From the NCBI GenBank assembly GCA_965178125.1, contig OZ237739.1, positions 930,001-994,000 of the forward strand: a stretch of DNA of 64,000 nucleotides, read 5' to 3'. The DNA comes from Bilabrum cf. latius. Taxonomy: Eukaryota. The position numbers and the translations under genes are program-made. Of this stretch, positions 36,683-49,279 are shown piece after piece. The notes beneath the pieces are model-generated. The model was not told where the DNA came from and searched no databases. It saw only the letters and a list, made by a program, of their open reading frames with translations. Position 1 is the stretch's first letter; every line of letters starts with the position of its first letter.

Positions 36683-39600
36683 ATGTCGTTGTAGCTTGGT
36701 GATAGAGTCCGGGTCCTTCCTCCTAAAGGCTCGGTGGAGCCCAGCGTGAGTTATTCAGCTCGGCCTTGCTGCATCACCCAGACATCGGATGGTCTTGTTG
36801 ACAGCTACATTGCATTATGTAAGCCTCGCTCCCTCCAATTGTCTCGCAGGATTCTCTTGGGGATGTAGGTGTGGTCACTGAAGTGCCGAAGTCACCTTCT
36901 GAACATTATTGCGTGCGTCTTCGCACTGCTGGAAGCCAGTCTGGCGAAGATCACATCGCAAAATTAAAATTTGATCGTCTGTAGCGCCTTAGCCCAGACC
37001 TGCGCGGGACTGATGCCGAAGGAGGCGATTCGGCTGCAGCCAGCTCTGATGCATCCGCCGTCGCACTGCGGGCCCCGAAAGGAGCTTCGAAATTGGGAAG
37101 GAGGCAGCGGTCGAACTCGCAAGCCTCTTCCGGATCTCGTGGCAGCAGAAGCCGCAGAGCCTCCGTGGACCGCACATCTCGGCATGCGAGGGAGGAGGCG
37201 CCGCCTGGAGGCGGCCGTGGTGCTGGTTCCGCTGGCGCCGCGAGAGGGGCACCCGGCGGATCAGGCTCTGCCCAAGCAGCTGCTAGTGGCGCCGTGAAAT
37301 CTGGGACTGCTGGCCTGGGCAAAGCCGGAAGCGGTGGCAAGGCAGCGAAAGCTGGTAGCGGTCGTGGCTCCGGGGATGATGGCGGGGACGACGATGACGA
37401 GGACGAGGACACGACCCCCGAACAGCGCAAAGCCAGGCAGCAGATCGGCAGTCTGGTGAAAGTCACCAAGGGTGACCGACAGGGCCAGGTCGGCTTCATC
37501 GAAAAGGCGCACCCTGGTGACGACGGGCGCTGGCTGGTCTTCACTGTGAGGCTGGGCGGTGAAAGGGTGAGGCTTCACAAGAGGGTCTTCAGGCACACGA
37601 GCAAACATGGAGACCTGCAGGCAGCCCTAGACGCATCCGCCGCCGCTGGTTCGGTTGATGGTCCTTCAATTCAAAGCCCGTCGTCGGGGGCAGCCCACTC
37701 CCCCAAGCATGCCAGGCAGGGTGGCATCATGAATGGGAGGAATGTGGCGGACAGTGGTGGTGCACTGTCTGCTGCCTCTTCCTCGTCATCTTCGGCAGCC
37801 GCTGAGAGTGCTCCGCAGCCATCAGCTGGCGCATCGGCACCAGCCGAGCGTATGAGCACGAGCTCTGGCAGCTCGGGCCGTCCACAGCCAGTTGAAGACC
37901 CCAGCAATCCTGCCATGTCAGCGGCAGAAGCTGAGGCCGCATCGCTCCGCCTTGCTGCGGAGCTGCAGGCAATGGAAAGGCGTACGTCAGGAAGGAGACG
38001 AAGGACGGCCCACCGCTCCGGAGACGGCATGTCGGGCTCCCTCGCAGGCAGCACCGACGCAGGGGATGCCCGGTCTGTCAGCACGGCGGGGACGAGGATC
38101 GACGCGGCGGACCGGGCATCCGTCCTTGGGGCGCAACCAGCTGATGACCGATCGGTGGCGGCTGCAGCTGGTGGAGCCGCCACACTGCCAAGAGGGCCGG
38201 AATCGAGCAGCGGCGGCACGAGCCGGGCAGAGGCCCCCCACGCCAAGCCAAGCAAACCTAAGGCACCAGATAGCGCTGCGAAATCTAAGGTCCGATCCGG
38301 CGATGGAGCAGCTCCAAAACTTTCCGCCGCAGCCAGCCAGAAGTCTGCCAGAGTAAAAGACAGGAAGCGTGCTCTCACGGGAGACCAGTGGATCGGGCAA
38401 CAAGTCGCTGTGGTAAGCACTGGGCAGGAAGGCAGAGTCACAGGCAGCGGGCACGGCTTTTTCCACGTGGAATTTGCTGATGGCACCGCAAGGAAGTTCC
38501 GCAAGGCCCAGCTTTCTGTAGTTGGAGACATAGAGGCTGCTGCTTCCAAGCCACCTCACGCGAGCAAGGCCAAGCAGGCCAGCCAGCAGTCCAGCAAAGC
38601 ATCAAAGTCGAAGCAAACAGAGCCTTCAGGCAAGAACCGGTCGAAGGGCTCGCGCGCTGCGTCATCTTCAAGCTCAGCTACAGACGCTTTGGCAGGATCA
38701 GACACCGCTGCCGGGGAAGCCCCGCCCGCACACTCAGGCAAAGGGCTAACTTCGAGCGGTAGGAACACTCCGAAGCGCCGAGAGAGCCTTGAGGGAGCCG
38801 AAATGGTCGCCAAAATGGCCCTGAAGTCTGCTGGAGACTCCAAAGCGGGCGGCGCGGGGTCCAGGCTCCGCAGTCGGCTCGCGGCTCTGGGTGAAGGGGT
38901 GCAGCAGGAGCTGTCGAGGAAGTCCAGGGCTGGCTCTCTCACCGACGCTGGCCAGAATAGCCACTCTGAGGCGCCTTCGAACGCTGCTGGGGGTACAAGT
39001 GACAATGACGATAATGATGGTGATGGTGATGGCAATGAAGACTAGTAGCGAGACACTGCCGACGTGGCGATTGCTGCCCCGCCAGTACCGGACCGCCCTG
39101 CTGCTGCGTCCAGGTCAAAGTCAAAGAAGGGCAAGCATGGTTCCTCTAAGCGCCGCAAGGGGGGTAAGGGAGGCACCTCTAGCAAGCAATCTGCCAATCC
39201 GCCCCAAGGACTCAGAAGTGAAGCCGAGGCGCAGGCTCAGTCAAGTGCTGTTGAGCCTTCGTCAAACAGGCCCAACCTTCGAATCCAGGCAGACGGGTGG
39301 CAGTCAGAGGACTCTTCTGCAGCAGAAGCAAGTGGGAGCTCGGCTACAGATACACCAGCAGCTGCAAAGACTCCGAAAACGCCGCTGGCGACCGACGCTG
39401 CCAGAGGTGGTCGCAAGCGGCCTCGGCGTGCTGCAGCTGTGAGTGCCTCCCAGGCGCTGGCGGGGCAAACCCCGATGGCGGATGAGAACGGGGAGGATGA
39501 AGAATAGCTGCCGCTGGCAACAGGTGCGAGGGGTGCTTTGAAGCAACCAAGTGCCGCGGTCCGTCAGTCTAGCGGCTACGGGTCGATCGGAGGGCAGCAG

Positions 39601-42600
39601 GCTCAGCGGTCGCTCATGCAAAAGATGGGCGGACAGGGCGCGGCGCGAGCCGTATCTGCCGGCAGCAGAGTGGCTCGCCAGCCTTCGGTCACGATACAGC
39701 CGATTGCGACCACCTTCGATGCGCCTAGTGCGTCGTCGGGCCGGCAATCTGCCTAGAGGAGCGCATCGCAGAGGTCTCGCTCTGATGCTGCACCGCTGCC
39801 GCCTACCACTCCAGCGACCGTGTACGCCAACAGCGATGATGAGACTAGCTACGGCAGGGATGCGGAGGCATCGTCACAGAGCAGTCGCAAGCGCCGGCGG
39901 ATGGAGAGGGAGAGGCGCGCGATGGCTCGTGCCACCGACCAGGGCGTGGCCCGGGTGAACAAGATGCTGGCACACCAGGAACGAATTCGGCAGGCGGTGC
40001 AGCGCGCTAAAGATTGGTACGCCAAGGAAGGACGTCCCAACATCGGACACTTCAAGAGGAGGCTTGACCTGCCCTCGCTGGACGAGCTCTAGGTGGACTT
40101 TGAGGACTGGAAGCTGGAGGCAGGGGAGGCAGTGGCTGCCGCTAGGGAGGTCGTGGCGGAGCAAGTCGCTGCCCTCGAGGCGGAGGGAGTAGCCATTGGG
40201 CTGCGCGAGCTGTCCAGCGATGACATTTCCTAGCAGCACGGCTCGAGCAACCCCGATGACCCACTTGCAGACCCCGTGTCTCTGGTTCGCGTCGCGTCCT
40301 TGATGGAGCCTCAGGACGCGCTCGACGTGGGAACCCCCACACCCAAGACGCCGTCCAAGGCAGCGGTTGGGGGTGTGCAGAGGAAGCACAAGGCATACGG
40401 CGGGGCGCTCAAGGGGCCTCTGCCACCCATAGTGCCTGAGCTCGCATCGTCCTCGTCACAGCGGTCTGCCTCTGGTGTGTCGGCTGTGCTATCCCGGCTG
40501 GGGGCGCACTAGAAAGAGGTGTGGCTGCAGCGCCGGAGTACTATCATCCACAGCGCCGTCGCTGCTGCTGAGGCCGCAGCCCTATCCGCCTGCCTATCGA
40601 TGCGCTCTACGGGCTACTAGCCCGGTGAGTATGCAATTTCATGCGCGCAGTAGGAAGCAGTGAAGCCAGCGCTGAAAGCGGCCGAAACCGCCGCCCGCGC
40701 GGTTCTGCTAGGCCAAGGAGCGGTTGATATGCTTTACGGACCAGAGGCTGCAAGGAGCTTGATGTCACTTCCAAGGGAAGTGGCCGTCGATGGCTATGCG
40801 TACAGTCATGGGCGCAAATCCGACCCGGCTTCGCGGGGTTAGGGGGCCATGGAAGGCATGGCTGGACCTGACGGGATTGCCTCGTTACTGCAGACTGCGG
40901 TCGCACCGAGCGTGCTGACCCATACGCTCCGAGGCTGCGGCTGGACTCCTCGGTTTGCTGACGACGATGAGGCTGCGCAGGCGGCTGAGGCCGTTGGTGG
41001 GCAGGAACCCACCGACCGAGAGATCGCAAAGGTGGCCAAACAAGCGCGAGCGATGGACGTGTATGGGGCGCGATCTGCTAGCGCAATCCATTCTGAGGTG
41101 CTGCGCACCCGCCTACAGAGGTACAACGACACGGTCGTGGGTTCTGCTGTCGCGCCTCTGTTGGAGGAGCCCTCTGCCAAGGGCAGTGATAATGATGAGG
41201 GCGGAGATGGCGACGGCGAGGATGATGACCCAGTCGAGCCGACCGCCACCATCCAACCAGTAGCGCTCGCCATCGATCTTGCCAGCGGGGAGGGCCGCCC
41301 CAGAGACCCGTTCGCCACGGATCCCATCACGGCCACGGGCGCGCCCCAGTTCGCTTCCCTTACAGAGGCACTCCTGGCAGCCGATACGGCGAATGCCGTC
41401 AACCGCCCGACAAAGCCTGTGATGCACTGGCGGCTGGGCAGCCATCGACTAGACCGCGCAATCGCCCTCGCCCGCGGAATCCCGCTGGCGGAGGAGGACG
41501 CTTCGTCCGACGAAGAGGATAGCGATGAAGAGGTGCACGATCCAAGAGAGAACCCGCTCCATGCTTTGGGCGATTCTTCAAACGGTAGCAGCACAACCTC
41601 GCCCGGCGGCGCCAAGGTGCCTGCCTCAACGCTGAGTGCCAAGCACTTTGGAGCAGCTGCATCTCGTCACTCCGACCGCAGCAGCCACGGACTGAAGGAC
41701 GTGCCGTGGCACGTGTGGCAGCGGCATGCGAGAGGAAAGAAGGGTTACGGCGCCGTCAGCCGCTGGGATGAGACCTGGCAGTACAAGCAAGGTGAGCGAC
41801 CAGCTTTGGAGCCGGGCTCGGAACCTTGGGTATTTGGTGCCAGGCCGCTGGGAACAGCAGGCGAGTACCTGGCCTTAGCGGCTGCGCAGGAGCGAGCAGC
41901 CCTCCACCAGGGCAGGAAGCGACTGCGGGCCTAGCACGGCGGGCTTCCGTCGGCTGGAGGTATGCTTCCTGCCGCAGATGCAGAGGAACTCTCTCCTCTG
42001 CAGGCTGAGGCCGACGCTGTCGCGCACCTTGACGACGGCGAGCTGGATCGCCAGGCGCCTGAACGAGGCACCGCTCCGGCCCTGACGCCTGCTGCTGCGG
42101 GACCTCTAGGCAGCGATCCTTTCGGAGTGCACGGCGCTGATGCGTTCGGAGGGGCGGCAAAATCTAGGGAGAGAGACTGGAACACTCTCCCGACGATGGG
42201 GGCTCCTTCGCTCGCAGGAGCCCAGTGCGCGGCGTGCGGATTCCAAAAGGAGACCGAGACTGACCATTGCTGGAATGAGGACTGCCCGCTGTGCCCCCTC
42301 TCCTCGAACAGAGGAGAGGCTGCAGCAGCCACGGCGCAGACCACATCGGGGCCAGAAGCAGTTGCCGGTGCAAAGTCACAGGTAGGCAGCGCTGGGCTCC
42401 GCGCCTTTGCTGCAGCTGTTGCGGCTGCTGAGGCCTGGGAGCCAGTCGAGCCGTCTTCCGCCCCACCCAAGAAGACCAAGGGCAGGCGTAGAGGCAGCAG
42501 CGCCTCGGACAATGGCATGTCCTCTGGCCGATCCACGCGAAACAGCGAGCAAGGGAGAGCAAATGCGGCACGACAGGCGGCCGCTCACGTCCTTGCGCAG

Positions 42601-45600
42601 ATCGGTGCGGCGGGTGCCGGCAAAGCTGCGGCAGACATGCTGGTGTCCATGGGACCCCAGGCAGGCTCGAAGAATGCCACTCGGCAGAATGAAGGCTGGA
42701 CTTATGGTGTGGTCGGCGGCTAGGCGGTTGATGCTGGGCTGCACACGGAAAGTGGCGGCGCGGTAGCCACGTCAACAAGCGGTACTGACGCTTCTGCGGA
42801 GCCCACCGGAGGGTCATCGTTGCCGGGCGACCGGGGTGCTGCTGCTGATGCCTCTCGCATGGACACCAGCTGGGCCTATGCTCTAGTGCAAGCTGCCAGC
42901 GGGCTGGAGGTCAGGCACGCTTCTCTGGCCGCGCTGGCCGCTGCCACCGCCCGCGTGCTGTCATCCGAGCTGACACATGGCACTGCAGCGGAGGCTGGCA
43001 TCACCGCGTGCACCACGAGGCAGCCAGGCGCCGCTACCGAATCCAAGGAAAGCGAACCCGAGGCAGGGAAGTCCGATCACAAGAGCTGCGCGGCGAGCAC
43101 GCCGGCTGCGAGCAGGTGCGCGGGCCTGCTTGCATCGCTGGGACTCAAGGGGCACCAAGCTGCCGCGCTTGCAACCCGATTGGGATCCAGCGTATCGCAG
43201 GGGATGGGGGCGGCGATCGCGCTCGAGGCTCTGCTGGACTCTCGGACTGCGTGCGAGCTAGCGGGTGTGACGTGTGGTGATGCGAGAGCGTGGTGGGTGA
43301 GGGAACAGGAGCGGCCCGATCTCGAGCTCGACCTCAAGGCCAGCGTGCATGGAGGTGCGGCATGGGCGCGAACGGCAGGTGGGGCGTGGAGGGCCAAGCT
43401 GCCTGCCGGCGAATCAGCTGCCCTCGCCGCTCTCACTGTGCCGCGGCGCCGGCTGCGTGGCCAGCCGATGCTGGAGGGTTGGAGGCCGGTCGTATCGGAT
43501 GCTGCGCTGAAGCAGCTTGACAAGGAGGAGGAAGATGCTGTGCGAGGGAGACACGGCCGCATATCGGCAGGCGCGACGGATGCGCCGCCCGCCGCCGGGA
43601 CCAAGCGATCTAGAGAGCAAAGAGACGCAGAAGCGCAGCAGGCCTCGGAGGATCGCGTTGCGGGCATTCTCGGCGACCTGCCATCGGTTGCCCGCACCCA
43701 CCGGCGAGGGACAGTGAGGCCGCGGCTCATGCAGCACGCCGAGTGGGTCGCGGTGGATGAGGCCTGCAGGGACGTGTTCGCGCGGGAATACGATTACGCC
43801 GCTACGCACAACGGCGGTTGCCCGGCTCCTCCGCTGCTGCACAGCACCAGAGACGGTATCGTGGACGAGCTCTGGGAAAGGCGCCGGGGTGCCCTTGCTG
43901 AGGGTCCTGCTGGTGCTTCGCAACCATTCGGCACAGCTGGGCAGAGCGCCAGCGCCAAGGCCTCGTCTGGAGGCAGTGCGCCGCTCTCATCATCCTGGGA
44001 ACATGTTTCTCTGGGCCTCCCTGAGACCAGCGTGCCTCACCGCGGCGATGCCGTTGATGAACTCAAGGCAAGCGATGGGGGACTGGCCAGCGCGCCCCCA
44101 AGCGGCGTGGTCATCCCCGTCGCCAACTCGAGGGAGGCCTCTCTCCTGATATGGGAAGGCGGCGCGAGCCTGTCGGCAGAGAGAAAGGATGGAAGCGCCG
44201 TACGTGCGCCGGCCGGGTCCACCACGATGCGAAAAGCGGACCGACACGAAGATGCTGGCGTGGCGGTGGCAGACGACCTGCGAAGGGACCCGCTAGCCAT
44301 GAGACCAGGACCGGTCACGGTGCTGCCATCCTTCCATGAAGTAAGGCGGCAGGTCTTCCGACGCGCCGTGACAGCGCTGCGGATTACAAGGCTGCAGCAC
44401 GGCTGGGCCGTGCAGCAGTGCTTGACGGAAGGACAGCCCCTGCCTAGCTGCCCGTACAGGACTGTGGAGCCAGAGCACATCCGTTTCCGAGAATGGGCGG
44501 AGCTGGCCGTCCGTAGGGCCGCCAAGGCCGGATCGATCCCTGCGGGTACTGTTCGAGATGCTGTCGCGAAGGCTGCTGGTTCCGTCGCTTTGCCGTGGAG
44601 CACCTCGTCATAGAGCAACGATTCCGGCACAGCAAGAGGCCGAGGGGCTGCCACTGATGGGAGCTTCGAACGTGTCTTGGAGTCATTTCGGGCGTGGATG
44701 GTGATCGGCCCGCCACCAGAGAGTGATGACGAGGACGGCTTGCCCGAGCCCGTCTGGAACGACGGTGCCGGAGAGGACCTGCCGTCACGACCTGACTGCG
44801 AGGTCTACGCCAGGCACGCCCCGCCGCCCGACCTGTCCTACATTCGGGCTGCCATCTGGGGCTTGCCTCTCCCTGTGCACTCTTTGCTGACGCTGCCGCA
44901 GTCGCAGGGCGGATTCGGCTGGAAGGCACCGGCAGCTGCAACGGCAACTGGACTTGGGTCTGGAAGCAGCGCCCGGCGGAGCCCAAGTCCCACTATCGGC
45001 GAAGACGACATGGCTGCAAAGGCCCTTGTTGGTGTCATGAGCGACCGCACCATGGCCAGGCGACGCACGCAGGGGTGGTCCAACAGCTCGGTGCACCCCT
45101 TGGCTGGCTTCGCGAACGTGATGCTAGGAGATGCAGGTGACTCGGGCAGCGCATCCTCCTCGAGCACGGCGGACGGGCAACCCTCCAGCGTGTTTGACAA
45201 GCAGGAAGCCGCAGGTGACCTGTTGTCGCCTCGGGCAGCCTTCGTGGCGATGAAGCAGGCGAGCGCGCCGGCGCATGACGCTGATTTCGGCGACCTCCTG
45301 GCACCCCTGCTTGAGATGCGGCTGCCGTTGGCTGCTCCTGCGCTCCCCGGCCACATGCACTTCTTCCTGCGGCCCACTGAGGCCCAGCTGACGGCCTTCA
45401 GCTCATCCAACAAGGGCATTCGGAAGCTGCTTCAGCGCCTGCCGCCCCCATTCTCTGGAGCGAGCGCGCTGGCGTCTGCGTCAGCGCCCGAAGCAGCCGC
45501 GTTTCACGGGCCCCCAGGCAGATACAGGCCAGGAACGAAGGCCAGGCCTCTGCAGGGCTTGGTACCGCAACCGCCGGCGCACGCCGCCCTTGCCGCTGGG

Positions 45601-48384
45601 CACGATCCTGCGGGCGGCCCAATGACGGTGCTATCTGTGCCCCGTGGAACTGTCAAGTCTTCGAGAGCGGCGCAGCACGGCGGGCCGCGCGGCATCCCGC
45701 CTACTGCTCACGCTGCAGCTGCGGCCTCCCTGGTGCTGGCCTCTGAGGCTGCGGCTGCTGCTGAGCGGGCCGGCCTCACGCTGACCAAAGATGATGACTC
45801 GCTCTCAATGCTGCCGGACAACCCCCGCTATGTAGCGGCTGCTCAAGCCGGCCACGTTGGCGGTGGTCCCGCCGTGACTCCGCAGCAGAGCTCGCAGCTG
45901 CTCCGGGCCGCGAGGCAGCAGGCAGAGCAGCTCCACGAAGAGTACCAGATTACGATGATACCCACACTGCAGGATGGCTCGAGCAACCCTCATTACGACC
46001 CCTCTCGCCGGCTGCCCAGGCCCCGCCAGCCGCTCGAGGTGCTGGAGGAGGAGGCAGCAAAAGCAGTTACGAACGATTTTTCCGGCGTGCCGCGTGGTCA
46101 TCAGCGCAGTCATCAGCGCGAGAATCAGACGTGGACTGGGGGACGACTCGAGCCAGACGCGAGCAGCGACCCGCTGGGCGGAGGTCTTTCGGTGCTGCAT
46201 GTCGCTGCAGGTGAGACACCCGGACCGGATGGTGGTACGCAAGACTCGGATGGCAGCAGCACCGATGGAGCCAATCCAAAGAACGGACATGGCAGCGACA
46301 CTCGCGTTGCCCTGCTGCATGCCCGTCTTCTGGAGGCCCAGAATGCGGATCGCCAAGAAGTAGGCTCCGACCGGCAGACAAGCTCCAACTCGTCCGCATC
46401 TCGCCTGCCGGCGTCAAGCTCATCTAGTGCTAGCAGCGCGAACGCGTCAGCCAAAGCAGCGTCACACCCAGTAGCAAGTGCACTTGCACCGCAGTAGGAT
46501 GCAATCATGTCTTGGGGCCGGGGCTAGCCGGAGCGTGCTCACTTCAACCTACTGGGTGCAGGTTTAACGCGTGTGTATGCCCCCGAGGCTTCAAGAAACG
46601 GCTTTGAAGTTTCGAAAGTTCTTCAGGATACCGACGCGGATGGGTCAGTTGGGTCGCCCAGGCTAAACGGGCGGAGTAACTCTGATACCCGCAGCTACTC
46701 TAGCTCTGCTTCTGGACCGTCAGACCTAGCTGCAGAATCGGCACGGCGCTTGCGAGGCATGCAGGATGCCGCGCGGCTGCCGGGGAACGGCGCGGGGACA
46801 GGCGCCAACAGCGCCGTCTCGCGACTCGCGATCGACGCTCCGGTCCACGTGCTCGGCTCACAGCGAGCACCTAGAGACCCGTGGCACCCCTCTGCGGCTG
46901 GGCGTACGACGGTACCGTTCGTCCTCCCTTTCAAGCCCGAGCTGCCTGCTGCCTTGCAGGAGCTGCCGGCCATGCCTGCGCTGCTCAAGGATGACTCCAA
47001 CGTGGATCCCTCCATCATGCTCTCTTACGCAAGGACAAAGTACGGCAGCTCCGGTGCGGAGCTTCGGGCCCTCCACAAGCGCATCACTGAACGAGCAGGG
47101 AGGAGGCACGGGCGGAGACAAGCCCGGTCGCCGGAGTACTTTGACGCCGAGCAGCGTCAGGACGAAACGCTCTCCGGAGGGGCACCGGGGCACCCCACAG
47201 CGAGCCTGACTACCCCTGCGGCGGCTGGAGCCGTGGCTGGCAGCGGGGTCGGGGTGGATGCAGCTGGTGGATTGTCGGGTGCCTCGTTGTCTGCCCGTGG
47301 CACGGGTGAGGGACCGGTGTCTTCGGACGGGCATGGCACTGGCGAGGGTTGGCTGGGCCGGCATGTGCGCTCGTGGGCATCGGAAATCGATGCTGTGAAT
47401 CGGCATGGCATTGAAATCGCGCTGTCTGCGTCAGAAGAAAGCACCAAGGGGGGCGGCGGGAGTGGCGCTGCGGCGTCCTCGTCTGCGTCTGCGTCTGTGT
47501 CCTCGTCATCTGCCAGAGGCAGAGAGCAATTGGTGGCAGGGCTGGACTTGCCTCACCCTGATGAGGCCGCAGCGGCCCTGTTGCTTGCAACCAGCCGGAA
47601 GGAGCTTTCTTTGGAAGAGGCCACGGTGTCCAGGCAGGGTGCACTCGATCTCCTGGCGGAAGGGCACGCAAGGGGGCTCAAGAAGTTTCTCAAGGAGTGC
47701 AGGAAGCGGCGCAGGGCATCCATGCTGTCTGAGGCAGAGGACGTTGAGGGCAGCGCCGCGTTTAAGAAGAGTGGCAGTGGTGCGGGTGGGGACAAGGGCG
47801 AGGGTCCGCCCAGCAAGAAGGCGAGGTCTAGCTCCGAAAAGAGCGGGTAGACGAACAGAAACTCCTCGCAAATACCCGAGAGGGATGCGGGCATACCCAG
47901 TGAGGTCGGGAACGGCGTGGACGGTGGTGGAAGGCTCGCAAGCGAGGGCAAGGCCCAAGTTACAGGAGGCGTGGAGGAGGACGACACCCCAGAAGACAAA
48001 GGGTTCGAGGAGATGTCCAACAATGCGGCTCGTGGGGCCCCGCCCGGGTGGATAACCACCGCGGATGACCACGGCGAGGCCAAGCACTACTTTTTCCCGG
48101 GCGATGGGACTCGCGTGTGCACCTTGTCCGAGGGGCCCCACGCCTTTGTTCTTCGCATGCCTGCAATCCAAGACCCCGAGGTGGAGGAGGGTCCTCCTTA
48201 GGATCACGATGTGGATGCTGGAGTAGCTCGCGCCAGTGCAGAAGCCTAGGCTCGATTCCTGCGTGAGCGGTAGGTGCCGCAAGATGGAACCATGGGCAGC
48301 GCTGCGTCTGCGATGTCGTACGGCTTTCAAACGGGTGCGCTTCAACCGGGGCAAGGCAACGAGCAAATGCATAGATTCGGGTGA
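36683..48384 (+). CDS. Giant low-complexity protein with KOW/SH3-like motifs, Cys4-type cluster and C-terminal WW-like motif (exons 36683-36745, 36850-48384; ~3,865 aa)
   Basis: 'L[TAG]LGDRVRV', 'IGSLVKVTKGDRQGQVGFIE', 'WIGQQVAVVSTGQEGRVTGSGHGFFHVEF', 'CAACG...CWNEDCPLCP', 'PPGWITTADDHGEAKHYFF'. An 11.5-kb exon is interrupted only by ~20 TAG. Ends in TGA at 48382, which overlaps a possible GTGAG donor. Confidence 0.75.
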
Positions 48385-48513
48385 GCCTATTGCGTTGAGC
48401 CTATCCCAATAGAAAGTAAAACATAGCTTGTAGAATTGTTCATCCCCGAGCTGCTAGAATCTTCTCGTGTTCTAGCAAATACGTGCATCCCACACAGGCC
48501 TTACCCGCCCCGT

Positions 48514-49065
48514 TCAGCCCTGGTACTACCGTGGCGTTGTTGGATATTCGCGATCGAGGGGAAATCTGTCTGAGATGCTATCTCGAACTTGTCGCAGCGG
48601 CTGCGACAGGCCTTTCCAGTCGTCCCGGGCCCAACAGGTGCACCGCAGTGGCCGCCCTGCAGACTCCTGCAGGCACAGAAAGGGACTCTGAGCGCTTAGG
48701 CTCGAGCAGTAGTGGCCATCCGGGTGTATTATATCTCTCGGTCTGCTTCCGCTGCACGCATAAAACTAAAATGTGCGTTGGATTCCATCGATGTCGCCGA
48801 TGGCTGGACGACCGGGGTTGCTTCCTGCCGATGTGGCTCCCTCTGAAATTATATCACAGCGAGCAGCATTCTAACTTATATCTATCTTTGAGCAAACACT
48901 GCTCATTCCTTTCGTACAATTTCCCAGTATCTCGCCGCTTTCTTCGTATAAGGCTACATCAGTGACGAATCCCTCGAACTGCGCCTGGCTCGCGATAACC
49001 CGCGGCAGCAGGTGTGACAGCTTCAAGCTGTATGCAACGTGCAGTATTGACAGATATATAAACAT
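48514..49065 (-). CDS. Candidate small Cys-rich secreted protein (~183 aa), visible only with TAG=Gln
   Basis: MFIYLSILHVAYSL hydrophobic start; the frame is open to TGA at 48514 through three TAG; 8 Cys; fills an otherwise empty gap. No family recognised. Confidence 0.45.
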
Positions 49066-49279
49066 TATCTTCGTGATTGTACGAAGTGAGCCTGCCAGCG
49101 GCGCCGCGCATAGCAGAAGGGTTGGTGAGCGGAACCAAATGTCGCCCAGGCATATATTTCGCTTGGGAAAGGGGTGGAACGCCGAGCCAACTTTGACATG
49201 CTGAAGTATTCCTGGGAGACAAGGAGACAACTTGCGTTAGAACACTTTATGCAGGTATTTCTAGTTCTGAGTGGCCAGC

